The notes under the pieces: generated by a model
What the model was told of the DNA's origin: nothing
Seen by the model: the letters and a program-made list of their open reading frames with translations, nothing else
Databases searched by the model: none
Source: Polyangiales bacterium
GTDB taxonomy: Bacteria > Myxococcota_A > Polyangia > Polyangiales > JADJQN01
Direction of reading: 5' to 3'
Length of the DNA: 64,000 nucleotides
NCBI GenBank assembly: GCA_964202905.1
Contig: CAXNJO010000002.1
Location: 128,001 to 192,000 of the forward strand
Made by a program: the position numbers and the translations under genes
Part shown: positions 10,519-23,363 of the stretch, one piece after another
Layout: each line of letters opens with the position of its first letter
How positions within the stretch are numbered: position 1 is the stretch's first letter

Positions 10519-11636
10519 CGGAGCTTCAGCGTCGCGAGGGTCGCGATCGCGAGCATGATGGAGATGATCCAGAACCGGACGATGACCTTCGGCTCCGGCC
10601 AGCCCATCTTCTCGAAGTGGTGGTGGATCGGCGCCATCAGGAAAATGCGCTTCTTGAAGAGCTTGAAGCTCGCGACCTGCCCGATGACGCTGACCGCCTC
10701 GACGACGAAGATCCCGCCGAGGAGAACGGAGAGGAACTCGTTCTTCGTGACGACCGCGAGCGCCCCGAGCCCGCCGCCGAGCGCGAGCGAGCCGACGTCG
10801 CCCATGAAGACCTGCGCGGGATACGTGTTGAACCAGAGGAAGCCGAAGCCCGCGCCGATGAGCGCGCCGCAATAGACGGCGAGCTCGCCGGACTGCGCGA
10901 ACGACGGGATGCGCAGGTAGTGCGCCATGTCGTTCCCGAAGAAGGTCACGCCCGCGAGGTACGCGAGGATCATGTACGTACCCGCGTTGACCATCACCGG
11001 GCCGATCGCGAGTCCGTCGAGTCCGTCGGTGAGGTTGACGGCGTTCGAGGTGCCCGCGATGACGAACGACGCGAACGCGACGTAGGCCCACGCAGGCAGC
11101 GAGATCGGCACGCGATCGAAGGCGACGAACGGCAGCGAGAGGCGGTCGCGCTGCGCGATCCAGTCCTGCGGGAGGCCGGCCTCGCCGTACCAGAGGTAGC
11201 TGCAGACGCCGATCGCGATGGCGAACTGGAGGAGCAGTTTGTAGCGGCCGGAGAGCCCGCCCGAGGACTTCTTCCGGATTTTGCGCGCGTCGTCGATCCA
11301 GCCGATCACGCCGTAGGACGCGGTGATCGCGGTGACGACCCAGACCATCACGTTCTGCGGATCGGCCCAGAGCACCGTGGAGAGGACGAGCGCGAAGAGG
11401 ATGAGCGCGCCGCCCATCGTCGGCGTGCCGGCCTTCGAGAAATGCGACTCGGGGCCGTCCTTGCGCACCACCTGGCCGACCTGCTTCGACTGCAGGCTGC
11501 GGATGAACCAGGGGTACAGCCCGAACGAGAGCAACATCGCCGTCATCGTCGCGGCGAGCACGCGGAGCGGGACGTACCGCAGCACGTTGAGCGCGCTGAT
11601 CTCCCGGTGGAGCGGGTAGAAGAAGTAGTAGATCAC
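10515..11636 (-). CDS. mraY: Phospho-MurNAc-pentapeptide transferase
   Basis: KAGTPTMGG, NAVNLTDGLDGLA, FMGDVGS, MAPIHHHFE. Confidence 0.98.
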   Translation of the reverse strand: MIYYFFYPLHREISALNVLRYVPLRVLAATMTAMLLSFGLYPWFIRSLQSKQVGQVVRKDGPESHFSKAGTPTMGGALILFALVLSTVLWADPQNVMVWVVTAITASYGVIGWIDDARKIRKKSSGGLSGRYKLLLQFAIAIGVCSYLWYGEAGLPQDWIAQRDRLSLPFVAFDRVPISLPAWAYVAFASFVIAGTSNAVNLTDGLDGLAIGPVMVNAGTYMILAYLAGVTFFGNDMAHYLRIPSFAQSGELAVYCGALIGAGFGFLWFNTYPAQVFMGDVGSLALGGGLGALAVVTKNEFLSVLLGGIFVVEAVSVIGQVASFKLFKKRIFLMAPIHHHFEKMGWPEPKVIVRFWIISIMLAIATLATLKLR

Positions 11637-13083
11637 GGCTTCGTCGCCTCTCCGGTGTGCACGGCGCGCGCGAGCGCGGTGACGATCCGCTCCATCGTCA
11701 TCGAGCGGGATCCCTTGACGATCACGACGTCGCCCGGGCCGAGGAGCCCGCGCAGGAGCGGGACGGCGTCGATCGGGTCGACGACGTGCACGCACTGCAG
11801 CGGCGCCGTGCCTCCAGACGCGCCGTGCGCGGCCGCGTCGATGGCCGCGCGCATCGCCTCGCCGCAGCCGACGAGCACCGCGACACCGGCCGCGCGCGCG
11901 TGGCGCCCGACCTCCGCGTGGTAGGCGGGCGCGTCGGGCCCGAGCTCCTTCATGTCGCCGAGCACCGCGACGGCGCGCGCGCCGCCGAGCCGGGCGAGCT
12001 CGACGACCGTGTCGATCGCGGCCGCGACGCTGTGCGGGTTCGCGTTGTAGGTGTCGTCGACGACGAGGCCACCGTGCGCGCCCGCGACCGGCACGAGGCG
12101 ACCCGCGGCGGGACACGCCTGCGCGAGCCCGCGCGCCGCTGCGTCGAGCGCGTCTTCACCGCAGAGCGAGAGCACCGCGCAGAGCGCGGCCCCGGCGTCG
12201 AGCGCGGCGACCTCGCCGAGCAGCGGCAGCGCGACCTCCAGGCGGCGCGCGCCGATCGCGTACGTGGCGCGGCTCCCGCTCACCTCGTCGAGGGCGCGGG
12301 CGACGAGCCGCACGGAGGCGCCCGCGGCCTTGCCGAAGCTGAGCGCACGCGGTCCGGTGGGGAGACGCGCGGCCGTCGGCGGATCGTCGGCGTTGCCGAT
12401 GGCCCAGCCCCCATCGCCGAGCGCGCGCCACACCGCCGTCTCCTCGTCCGCGACGGCCTCGAGCGTGCCGAGGCCTTCGAGATGCTCGGCGGAGGCGAGC
12501 GTGACGATGGCGACGTCCGGCGCCGCGATCGCCGCGAGGCGCGCGACCTCGCCGGGCGCGCTCGTGCCGAGCTCGATCACCGCGGCCTCGTGGTGGGCCT
12601 CGAGCTCGAGCAGCGTCATCGGCGCGCCGACGAGGTTGTTCAGGTTGCCCGCGGTGCGGTGGACGGTGAGGCCTGCGCCCGCGAGCGCGGCCGCCGTGAG
12701 CTCCTTCGTCGTCGTCTTGCCCGCCGAGCCGCAGACCCCGACGACCGGCCGCGCCCAGCGGCGTCGATGCAGCGCCGCGAGCGCGCCGAGCGCGACGGTG
12801 GTGTCGTCCACCTCGAGCCGCGCGACGCCCTCCGGCGCGGGGCGTCCGCGCTCGACGAGGAGCAGCGTCGCGCCCTTCGCGACGGCGGCCTCGAGGAAGA
12901 CGTGTCCGTCGAGGCGCTCGCCGCGCAGCGCGACGAAGAGCGTCCCCGCGCGCACCGCGCGTGAGTCGATGACGACGCCGCACACGGGCGCGCCGAGCGC
13001 GGCTCCGAGGAGGTCGCCGCCCGTCGCGGCGACGAGCTCGTGCGCGGTGAATGTCGCGTGATTCTCGGGGATCGGGGTCGCCA

Positions 13084-13084
<1 letters not shown>
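11633..13084 (-). CDS. murF: UDP-MurNAc-tripeptide--D-Ala-D-Ala ligase
   Basis: IDSR, GSAGKTTTKE, GNLNN-VG, DDTYNANP, LGDMKELG, VKGSR. Confidence 0.96.
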
Positions 13085-14636
<1,552 letters not shown>

Positions 14637-14640
<4 letters not shown>

Positions 14641-16826
14641 CGGACCACCTGCGCGGGCGCGGGGAGCAGCCCCTCCGCCGAGGCGAGCGTGCGGTCGTCG
14701 GCGTTCGGAGGCGCGGGCGGCGGCGGCTCGTCACCCGCGAGCGCGCGCGGCGCGAGCACGACGCGGACGCGCTCTCCGCGGGCGACGATCTCTCCCGACG
14801 CGGGCGACTGCGACGCGACGACGCCGCTGCCCTCGAGGTCCGCGACGAGCCCGGCCTCGGCGATCACGACGAGCGCCGCACGCGCGGTGCGCCCGCCGAC
14901 CTCGGGCACACGCGTCTCGCCCTGCGCGAGCGTGCGGTCGTCGATGGGCGTCGCGGGCAGCTCGGCCGCGAGCGGCACCGGCTCCTCGCAGCGCCGCCCC
15001 TCACGCCGCGCCGCGCGACACGCGCTCCGCGCCTGATCGAGCTCGACGCGCGCGCGCCGCGCGGCCTCGCGCGACTCGCGCGCCCGCTGCGCGAGCAGCT
15101 GCCCGCCGTCGGCCGCGGGCACGCCGAGGTGGCGCAGCGCCGCCTCGCCTACGCGCCGGAACACGGGCCCCGCGACGAGACCGCCGTAGTGCTCGATGAC
15201 GGGCTCGTCGATCATCACCGCGATGACGAGGCGTGGGCGGTCGGCGGGCACGAAGCCCACGAAGGACGCGACCCACTGATCGGCCGCATAGCCGCCGCCT
15301 ACGTAATCCGCCTTCTGCGCGGTGCCCGTCTTGCCCGCGACGAGGTAGCCCTCGATGCCGGCCTCGACGCCCGTGCCGCCCGGGCCCGTGACGGCGGTGA
15401 GCATGTCGCCGACGAGCCGCGCGGTGCCGGCGGGCACCACCTCGCGGCGCACGCGCGGCAACCGCTCCTCGACGACCTCGCCCCGCCCGTCGCGCACGCT
15501 CCGCACGAGCTGCGGCTCCATGAGACGGCCGCCGTTGGCGATCGCGCTCATCGCGACCGCGAGCTGCATCGTCGTGACGCTGACGCCCTGGCCGAAGGCG
15601 ATCGTCGCCGCGTCCATCTCGTACCAGCGACGGTAGTTGCGCAGGATGCCCGCGGTCTCGCCGGGGAGCGTCACCCCGGTGAGCTCGCCGAAGCCGAAGC
15701 GGCGCAGCGTGCGGAAGAGCCCCGGACGCCCGAGCGCTGCGCCGATCTTCGCGGTGCCGATGTTCGACGAGCGCGCGAGGATCTGCGCGGGCGTGAGCAC
15801 GTCCCACGGATGCGAATCGTGGATCGTGTACTCGGCCACGCGCATCGCGCCGTGCTCGCAGTCGATGAGCTGCTCGGGTGCGATGGCCCCGGCGGCGAGC
15901 GCGCCGGCGACCGTGAACGTCTTGATGGTCGAGCCCGGCTCGTAGCGGTCGGTGACGGCGCGGTTGCGGCGCGCGTTCGGCGACGCGTTCCCCGGATCGT
16001 TGGGGTTGAACGTCGGGTAGTTGGCGAGCGCGAGCAGCTCGCCCGTCTGCGGATCCATCACGATCACCGTGCCCGCGCGCGCCTCGCTGGTGCGGACGGC
16101 GAGCGCGAGCTCGTGCTCGGCGACGGTCTGGATCGCCTTGTCGATCGTGAGGACGAGGTCGTCCCCCTGCGCCGCGCGGTCGTCGAGCAGCTGCTCGCTG
16201 AACACGACGCGCCCGCGCCGATCGCGGATCGCGGGGACCGCCGCGACGCTGCCACGGAGCCGCTCCTCGAACTGCCGCTCGAGGCCCTCGATGCCGACGC
16301 CGTCGATGTCCGCGAAGCCGAGCACGTGCGCGGCGAGCTCGCGGTTCGGGTAGTAGCGGCGCGCCTCGCTCGACATCGAGACGCCCGGCAGATTCATGGC
16401 GCGGATCGCGGCGGCCTGCTGCGGCGTGACGCGGCGCTCGAGCCACACGAAGTAGCGATCCAGGGCCATGCGACGGGCGAGCGCCTCGACGTCGACGCCC
16501 GGCAGCACGCGCCCGAGCGCGAGCGCAGTCGTCATCGGGTCGCCTCCGCGCGCCCGCAGCTCGCGCGGGTTCGCCCAGACACTGTCGACATCGACGCTCA
16601 CGGCGAGCGGCGCGCCGCGTCGATCGAAGATCGTGCCGCGCTTCGGCGCGAGGCGGATGTCGCGCAGGTACTGCTCCTCGGCGAGCTTGCGGAGAACGGG
16701 CCCCTGCTCGATCTGGAGGTCGTACGCGCGCCGCGCGACGGCACCGGCCCCCGCGAAGAGCGCGAGCGCGAGCAGCACGATGCGCAGCTTCATCCAGCGC
16801 GCGCGGCGGGGATCGAGGTTCCTCAT
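14637..16826 (-). CDS. ftsI: Class B penicillin-binding protein FtsI with C-terminal PASTA domain
   Basis: RGTIFDR, RRYYP, EPGSTIK (SxxK), SSN (SxN), GKTGTAQ; VPEVGG...SG-V-SQSP PASTA-like end. Confidence 0.96.
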
Positions 16827-17335
16827 CGGACGCCCCCGGCCGCGCGGCGCGAGGCCCGCGCGCCCATCGGCACGACGCGCGCGGGCGGCGGCACGTCCAT
16901 CCCGAGGGAACCACGCGCGACGGCCTCGACGCGCCCGGCCTGGCCGAGCGTCGCCGCCTCGATCGAGAGCAGGCGGCGCTGCTCGACGAGCGCGCTCTGC
17001 TCGCGCCGCGCCTTGCCCACGTCGTAGCCGAGCCGCACCGTCTCGAACCGCAGCGCGAGGTGCGCGACGAAGGCGACCGCCGTCGCGAGCACGGCGATCG
17101 TCCAGAGCGCGAGGAAGCGATGCGCGAGCCACGCGGAGAGCGGCGTCGCGAGACGGGCCTGGCGCGGGCTCGGGGGCGGCCCGTTCGTGGCGGCGCGGAC
17201 CGCGGCGATGGCCTGCGCGGCGCGGCGCACGGCCGCGGCGTCGGCACGCACGGGGTCGGCGCGCTCCGGCTCGGCGCCGGCGGGCGGCAAGCGCGTGTTG
17301 CGCGGAGGCAGGGTCACGCCGCGGGTCGCGCTCAT
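16823..17335 (-). CDS. ftsL: Cell division protein FtsL-like
   Basis: TM, coiled coil, RVEAVARGSLGM; between rsmH and ftsI with ATGA overlaps. Confidence 0.85.
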   Translation of the reverse strand: MSATRGVTLPPRNTRLPPAGAEPERADPVRADAAAVRRAAQAIAAVRAATNGPPPSPRQARLATPLSAWLAHRFLALWTIAVLATAVAFVAHLALRFETVRLGYDVGKARREQSALVEQRRLLSIEAATLGQAGRVEAVARGSLGMDVPPPARVVPMGARASRRAAGGVR

Positions 17336-18270
17336 CGCCCGGCCTCCCACTCGGCGTCACGGGGCACACGGCGCGCGGCGCGCAGTTTGGCGCTGCGCGA
17401 CCGCGGATTGCGCGCGGACTCCGCGTCGTCGGCGACGACGGGCCGCTTCGTCAGCGGCTCGAGCCGCGCGTCGCCACGGAACGCGTGCTTCACGAGGCGA
17501 TCCTCGAGCGAATGGAAGCTGATGATCGCCGCGACGCCGCCGTCCGCGAGGACGTCGGGCAGCTCCGCGAGCAGCGTGCGCAGCTCGCCGAGCTCGTCGT
17601 TCACCGCGATGCGCAGCGCCTGGAAGGTGCGCGTCGCCGGATCGCTCGCGCCCTGCCGGCGCGGGCCGAGCACCCGCACGACCGCGCGGCGCAGCTCGTC
17701 CGTGGAGCGGAGCTGCCCCTCGGACTCCGCGCGCTTGATGCTGCGCGCGATGGGCCGCGAGCGGCGCTCTTCGCCGTACTCGAAGAGCACGTTGGCGAGC
17801 TCGTCCTCGTCGAGCCGCGCGACGAGCTCGGCGGCCGTCTCGCCGCGCGAGCCGTCCATGCGCATGTCGAGCGGCCCGCCGCGCGTGAACGAGAAGCCAC
17901 GCGCCGCGTCGTCGAGCTGAGGCGACGACACGCCGAGGTCGGCCACGACGCCGTCGACGTGCGCGATCCCGCGCGCCGCGAGCGCCGCGCGCAGTTCGCC
18001 GAAGGGCGCATGCACCAGCTCCACGCGCGCCCCGTGCGGCGCGAGGCGCGCCCGCGCGGCGGCGAGCGCCCGCTCGTCGCGGTCGAAGCCGATGACCCGG
18101 CCCGCCGGCGCCGAGCGCTCGAGCAGGCGCGCGGTGTGCCCTCCCCCGCCCACCGTCACGTCGACGTACAGGCCGCCGGAGCGCGGCGCGACCGCGTCCA
18201 CCGTCGCGTCCGGCAGGACCGTCTCGTGGACGAAGGCGGGCGCGTCCGCGTCGTGCGTCGCGTCGCTCAC
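17332..18270 (-). CDS. rsmH: 16S rRNA C1402 N4-methyltransferase
   Basis: D-TVGGGGH, DLGVSSPQLD, PLDMRMD, YGEER, FQALRIAVN, SFHSLED, NPRSRSAKLR. Confidence 0.98.
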   Translation of the reverse strand: MSDATHDADAPAFVHETVLPDATVDAVAPRSGGLYVDVTVGGGGHTARLLERSAPAGRVIGFDRDERALAAARARLAPHGARVELVHAPFGELRAALAARGIAHVDGVVADLGVSSPQLDDAARGFSFTRGGPLDMRMDGSRGETAAELVARLDEDELANVLFEYGEERRSRPIARSIKRAESEGQLRSTDELRRAVVRVLGPRRQGASDPATRTFQALRIAVNDELGELRTLLAELPDVLADGGVAAIISFHSLEDRLVKHAFRGDARLEPLTKRPVVADDAESARNPRSRSAKLRAARRVPRDAEWEAGR

Positions 18271-18719
18271 AGCCCGAGCTCCGCGAGCCGCCGCGCCATC
18301 TCGACGCGACGCGCCTCGTCCGCGAGCGCACCCGAGCGCAGCGCCTCGAAGCGCTCCTTCGACCAGAGCTCGATGTGCCGGCCCATGCCGGCCCAGAGCG
18401 CGTCGCGCTCGAGCGACGCGTGATCGCGCAGCCCCTGCGGCACGAGGAGGCGGCCGAGCTTGTCGATGTCGACCTCGACCGCACCCGACACGTAGATGCG
18501 GCGCAACATCGACACCGAGGCGTCGAACTGCGGGAGCTTCGCGAGGCGCTCCTCGAACGCGAGCCACTCCTGCATCGGGTACGCGACGAGGCACGGGTCG
18601 AGGCCGGTCGTGATCACGAGGCGCGACTCTCCGGAGGCCGCGAGGACCTCTCGGAAACGTGACGGCAGGGACGTGCGCCCCTTACCGTCGATCGCGTGCT
18701 CGTAGCGCCCTCGGAACAC
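18267..18719 (-). CDS. mraZ: dcw transcriptional repressor MraZ
   Basis: MFRG, two DxxGR motifs (DGKGR, DKLGR), IELW. Confidence 0.97.
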   Translation of the reverse strand: MFRGRYEHAIDGKGRTSLPSRFREVLAASGESRLVITTGLDPCLVAYPMQEWLAFEERLAKLPQFDASVSMLRRIYVSGAVEVDIDKLGRLLVPQGLRDHASLERDALWAGMGRHIELWSKERFEALRSGALADEARRVEMARRLAELGL

Positions 18720-18767
18720 CGCTCATCACCCCGCTCGGTCGGCCTGCCCGCTCGCGCCGCTGAACCA

Positions 18768-18861
18768 CCACCGCGATCCACCAGCGGGCCCCGGCTGGCA
18801 CTTCTTACCACTTCTTGCCACCGACGGGCCGAACCTACGGGCCGCCTCCCGGGGCTGTCAA
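18768..18861 (-). promoter_or_regulatory. dcw sigma70 promoter and MraZ boxes
   Basis: Minus strand TTGACA (18861-18856), 18-nt spacer, TAGGTT (18837-18832); GTGG/GTGC repeats on an exact 10-bp register (plus-strand ccac/gcac at 18768, 18778, 18798, 18808, 18818). Confidence 0.85.
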
Positions 18862-19066
18862 CTTCTTTCGGCGCGTCCAAGTGGTCGAATCTGCACGTCT
18901 AACGCGCCCCTCGACCCCCACGCGCGGACGCCCCGTTCAATACGTCATCGCCTTACACTCCGCGCGTTCAGTGGTGCGATCGGCGCCCCGTGCGTCGCGC
19001 CCCGTCCCCGCGTCGGCCGCGCGCGCGTCCGACGGCGTGCGGGACGCGCCGCGCTATCTTCGGCGC

Positions 19067-19417
19067 GTGTCGCAACCTGCCGAGAGCGCCGAGGACGCCG
19101 TCATGCGCGCGTGGGAGGCCGTCGAGGCCAACTGGTCGAGCGACGACGCGCACCGCCGCTTCCTCGGGCTGTGTGCGGCATCGGGGCAGTTGCCGGAGGC
19201 TGGCCGCCGCTACCGCCGCGTGCGCGACGACGACCCGGCGCGCGCGGCCGAGGCGGGCCGGCGCATCGACGCGCTGCTCGCGCTCGCGACCGAGCAGCTC
19301 TTGCGGCACCAGACGCCGCGCCCCGAGGCCCGGGCGCCGCGCGTGACGTTCCTCGCGGTCGGCGTCGCGCTCGTCATCGTCGGGGTCACGCTCTGGCAAC
19401 TCGCGCGCCTGCGGTGA
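19067..19417 (+). CDS. Hypothetical protein with C-terminal TM helix
   Basis: GC3-biased ORF, hydrophobic C-terminus, TATCTT 6 nt before GTG. Confidence 0.7.
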   Translation: MSQPAESAEDAVMRAWEAVEANWSSDDAHRRFLGLCAASGQLPEAGRRYRRVRDDDPARAAEAGRRIDALLALATEQLLRHQTPRPEARAPRVTFLAVGVALVIVGVTLWQLARLR

Positions 19418-19452
19418 TCCGCTGAATCGGTTACCCTCGCGGCGAGGCGCGA

Positions 19453-20149
19453 TTGCAGCTCGATTTCCAGACCCGCGAGATCACCGTCAAGCTCGTCTAT
19501 TACGGGCCCGCGCTCAGCGGCAAGACGACCAATCTGCAGGCCATCCACCACCTCGCCTCGCCGGACGTTGCGGGGGCGTCTGATGACGCTCGAGACGCGG
19601 GACGACCGCACGCTCTTCTTCGACCTGCTGCCGCTCACGTTCAAGCAGGGCGCGTTGCAGGTGCGCATCAAGCTCTTCACGGTGCCCGGCCAGGTGATGC
19701 ATGCGGCGACGCGGCGGCTCGTGCTGCAGGGCGCCGACGGAGTGGCCTTCATCGCGGACTCGCAACGCGCCGAGACCCGCGCGAACGCGGTCGCCTTCGC
19801 CGACCTCCGCAAGAACCTCGCCGACAACGGCCTCGACATCGCGGCCCTGCCGCTCGTCATCCAGTTCAACAAGCGCGACCTCCCGGAGGTCCGCACGGAC
19901 GCGGAGCTCGAGCAGCTCGCGAAGCTCGGCCTCGAGCCGGTCTACAAGGCCGTCGCCACGCGCGGGCTCGGCGTCGCGGAGACCTTCCTCGGGCTCTTCG
20001 ATCTCATCTGGGCGAAGCTCGAGAGCGAGCACGGCTTCGCCGCGAAGTTCGGCCTCGACGGGGTCTCGATGCGCAGCGAGATCGCGCGGCAGCTCGGCGC
20101 CGCCGCCCCAACGTCCGACGGTTCGACGCCCCCGGAGGCACCGCGATGA
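19453..20149 (+). CDS. MglA/SofG-family small Ras-like GTPase; frameshift near 19569
   Basis: KLVYYGPALSGKTTNL, DRTLFFD, FTVPGQ, QFNKRDLP; deleting one T at 19568-9 gives PDVRGRL and joins the two ORFs. Confidence 0.9.
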
Positions 20150-21546
20150 GCGAGGGACCCGTGACGAGGCCCGAGATCGGCGACGTCAGCCGCCTCGACG
20201 ACATCATCGATCGCGACGCGCTCGGTGAGGTCTGCCGCTCCTTCTTCGAGCTGTTCGGCCTACCAATCCGCGTGATCGCGGCGGACGGCAACATGCTCGC
20301 CGACGCGCACGTCGAGCGCGAGGTGTGCGGATACGTCAACGGCACGCTCGGCGGGCGCACGTCCTGCCAGCAGACGGTGAGCACCGTCCGCCGCCTCGTG
20401 CCGACGGACGATTCGGGCACGCTGCACGCGTGCTTCACGGGCGCCGTCTACCGCGCGGTGCCGATCCACTACCAGGGCCGCACGCTCGGACGCTTCGTCG
20501 TCGGGCCGTACCTGCCGGCCGAGACGCGCGAGGTGCCGCGCAGCCTGCTGCTCGTCGATCAGCGCATCGAGCCGACGCGCGCCCGCGAGACGCTCGAGGA
20601 GATGCCGCGCGTGCGGCTCGAGACGGCGCAGCGCATCGCCGCGCACCTGCGCGGGATGCTCGACCTGATCCTGTTCAGCGGCCACAAGGCGCACCTCACG
20701 ACGGAGATGCACCTGCTCAGCGTGCGCGAGAGCTACCGCGAGCTCGCCGAGAAGAACACCGAATTGCAGGGCGCGTACGACCAGTTGAAGGAGCTCGACC
20801 GCCTCAAGTCGAACTTCCTCGCGACCGTGAGCCACGAGCTGCGCACGCCGCTCACGTCGATCCTCGGCTACTCGGAGATGCTCACGAGCGGTCTGACCGG
20901 GCCGCTCACGACCGAGCAGCTCGACTTCATCGGGACCATCCACAACAAGGGCGAGCTGCTCCTGCGGTTGATCTCGAGCCTGCTCGATCTCGGCAAGCTC
21001 GAGCAGGGGCAACTCGCGCTGCAAGTCGAGCCCGTCGAGCCGCTCGCGCTGCTCAAGGACTTGCGCGAGACCGTGGTGCCGGTCGCGAATCGCAAGGAGA
21101 TCCGCGTGGCGATCGTGCCGCCGGAGGGGCCGCTCCCGCCCTTCCGCGCCGACCCGCTCCGGCTGCGGCAGGTGCTCGGCAACCTCCTCGACAACGCGAT
21201 CAAGTTCACGCCGCGCGGCGGCACGGTCACCCTCGCGGTGCGCGAGAGCGCGCTCGACGACGGCCACGGCGACGACCCGCACGGGCGCGTGCTGCTCGCG
21301 CTGCCGCGGGCCGCGCTCGAGTTCCGCGTCTCGGACACGGGCATCGGGATCCCCGAGCGCGAGCAGGAGAAGATCTTCCAAGCCTTCTATCAGGTCGACG
21401 GAAGCTCGACGCGCGAGCACGGCGGCACGGGGCTCGGCCTCTCGATCGTCAAGCGGCTGGTCGAGGCGCACGGCGGGCTCATCCGCGTCGAGAGCGCACC
21501 GGGCAAGGGCACGACCTTCTCCGTGACCATCCCCGAGACCGAGTAA
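20146..21546 (+). CDS. Cytoplasmic histidine kinase with PocR-like sensor domain
   Basis: Cys-containing N-domain (C-YVN...SC...HACFTG...VPI), [31 protein letters not shown]; no TM seen. Confidence 0.9.
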   Translation: MSEGPVTRPEIGDVSRLDDIIDRDALGEVCRSFFELFGLPIRVIAADGNMLADAHVEREVCGYVNGTLGGRTSCQQTVSTVRRLVPTDDSGTLHACFTGAVYRAVPIHYQGRTLGRFVVGPYLPAETREVPRSLLLVDQRIEPTRARETLEEMPRVRLETAQRIAAHLRGMLDLILFSGHKAHLTTEMHLLSVRESYRELAEKNTELQGAYDQLKELDRLKSNFLATVSHELRTPLTSILGYSEMLTSGLTGPLTTEQLDFIGTIHNKGELLLRLISSLLDLGKLEQGQLALQVEPVEPLALLKDLRETVVPVANRKEIRVAIVPPEGPLPPFRADPLRLRQVLGNLLDNAIKFTPRGGTVTLAVRESALDDGHGDDPHGRVLLALPRAALEFRVSDTGIGIPEREQEKIFQAFYQVDGSSTREHGGTGLGLSIVKRLVEAHGGLIRVESAPGKGTTFSVTIPETE

Positions 21547-21559
21547 CCGCAGGCCCACG

Positions 21560-22516
21560 GTGAGCGACGAGTTCACGCGGATCGCGGCGATCGCCGCGCG
21601 CGTGTCGTCGGGCAGCCCGGGCGTGACGCTCGGGATCGGCGACGACGCGGCGGTGCTCGCGCCGCTCACGGGGGGCGTCGTGCTCACCGTCGACGCGTCG
21701 ATCGAAGGCGTGCATTTCCGGCGCGGCTGGGCGCCGCTCCGCGTGATCGCCCGCCGCGCGGTGCACGCCGCGGTGAGCGACCTCGCGGCGATGGGCGCCG
21801 GGGCGCGCGCGACGCTGGTCGCGCTCGCGCTGCCCGCGGACCTCGACGACGCCGACTTCCTCGCGCTCGTCGACGGCACCGCGGACGCCGCGCGCGAGAC
21901 GGGCGCTGCCCTCGTCGGCGGCAACCTCACGCGGGCGAGCGAGATCGGGATCACGACGACGGCCGTGGGCGAGGCGGGCGCGCGCGTGCTGACGCGCGGG
22001 GGCGGACGCCCCGGAGACGCCGTGTACGTCACGGGCGTGGTCGGCGCCGCGGCGCTCGGCCTCGCGCACCTGCTCGGTGATCGCGCGCACGAGCCCGCGG
22101 CAGAGCCCTTCGTCGCGCGCTGGAGCGCCCCCGTCGCGCGGCTCCGGGAGGGACGCGCCCTCGTCGAGGCCGGCGCGACCGCGTGCGTCGACGTCTCCGA
22201 CGGACTCGCGCAGGACCTCGGGCACCTCTGCCGCGCCTCGGGCCTCGCGGCGCGGCTCGAGGCCGCACGTCTGCCCATGCTCGCCGGCCAGCGCGAGCGG
22301 GCGCGCGCGCTCGGCCTCGACGCGGTGACGCTCGCGCTCACCGGGGGCGAAGACTACGAACTCGTCTTCACCGGGCCGGCCTCGGCCGCGCTCGACGCGG
22401 TCGGCACGCGCATCGGCGCGCTCGTGCCCGGGCCGCCGGGCGGGGTCCACACGCACGACGCCGCGGGCGTCGCCATCGACGTCGTCGCGCGCGGCTTCAC
22501 CCACTTCCGCCGATGA
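21560..22516 (+). CDS. thiL: Thiamine-monophosphate kinase
   Basis: GIGDDAA, EGVHF, SDLAAMG, VGGN, DVSDGL, GGEDYEL. Confidence 0.96.
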   Translation: MSDEFTRIAAIAARVSSGSPGVTLGIGDDAAVLAPLTGGVVLTVDASIEGVHFRRGWAPLRVIARRAVHAAVSDLAAMGAGARATLVALALPADLDDADFLALVDGTADAARETGAALVGGNLTRASEIGITTTAVGEAGARVLTRGGGRPGDAVYVTGVVGAAALGLAHLLGDRAHEPAAEPFVARWSAPVARLREGRALVEAGATACVDVSDGLAQDLGHLCRASGLAARLEAARLPMLAGQRERARALGLDAVTLALTGGEDYELVFTGPASAALDAVGTRIGALVPGPPGGVHTHDAAGVAIDVVARGFTHFRR

Positions 22517-23253
22517 GTCCGGCCGATGCGGCCCTCCTCGGCGCGCTGGTCTTCGTCGGGGCCGCGCTCTCCGCGGCGGTCGGGCACGGCGGCGCCTCGA
22601 GCTACCTCGCGGCGATGGCGTTCGTCGGGCTCGCGCCCACGACGATGCGGGTCGCGGCGCTCGGGCTGAACCTGATCGTCGCGGGGCTCGCCGTCGTGCG
22701 CTTCGCGGCGGTGCGGAGCGTCCCGTGGCGCACCCTCGCGCCCTTCGTCGCCGGCTCGGTGCCGCTCGCGTGGCTCGGCGGCACGCTCACGCTCCCGGGG
22801 CACGTGCACGCGCGGCTCCTCGGCGTGACGCTCGTCGCTGCGGCCGCGCAGCTCGTCGCGCGCCCGCCCGCGCCCGACGACGCGCCGCTCCGCCCGCTGC
22901 CTCGGGGCGGCGCGCTCGCGCTCGGCGGCGCCATCGGCCTGCTCTCGGGGCTGACCGGCGTCGGAGGCGGCATCTTCCTCAGCCCGCTGCTCGTGCTCGG
23001 CGGCTTCGCGCGCCCGCGCGAGGCGAGCGGTCTCTCGGCCGCCTTCATCTGGCTCAACAGCGCGGCGGCGCTCCTCGCGCGGCGCCCCCTCGACGCGGCG
23101 CTCCCGCCCGCCCTCGCCGGCTGGGCCGTCGCCGCAGCGCTCGGCGGCGCGCTCGGCGCGGGCTTCGGGAGCCGCCACGCGAGCCCGCGCACGCTGCGGC
23201 GCCTGCTCGCCGCCGCGCTCTCCATCGCCGCGCTGAAGCTGCTGATCACCTGA
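22513..23253 (+). CDS. Sulfite exporter TauE/SafE family membrane protein
   Basis: VGHGGASSY, SGLTGVGGGIFLSP, multiple TM helices. Confidence 0.88.
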   Translation: MSPADAALLGALVFVGAALSAAVGHGGASSYLAAMAFVGLAPTTMRVAALGLNLIVAGLAVVRFAAVRSVPWRTLAPFVAGSVPLAWLGGTLTLPGHVHARLLGVTLVAAAAQLVARPPAPDDAPLRPLPRGGALALGGAIGLLSGLTGVGGGIFLSPLLVLGGFARPREASGLSAAFIWLNSAAALLARRPLDAALPPALAGWAVAAALGGALGAGFGSRHASPRTLRRLLAAALSIAALKLLIT

Positions 23254-23363
23254 ACCGCAGGGGCCACGGGCACGCATCAACCCCCTTGTCATGTCGCCGC
23301 GCCAGCCCGCGGACACATCAACCGGGTTGTCGCATCCCCGGGCGGCTCCTATCGTCCCCGCCC

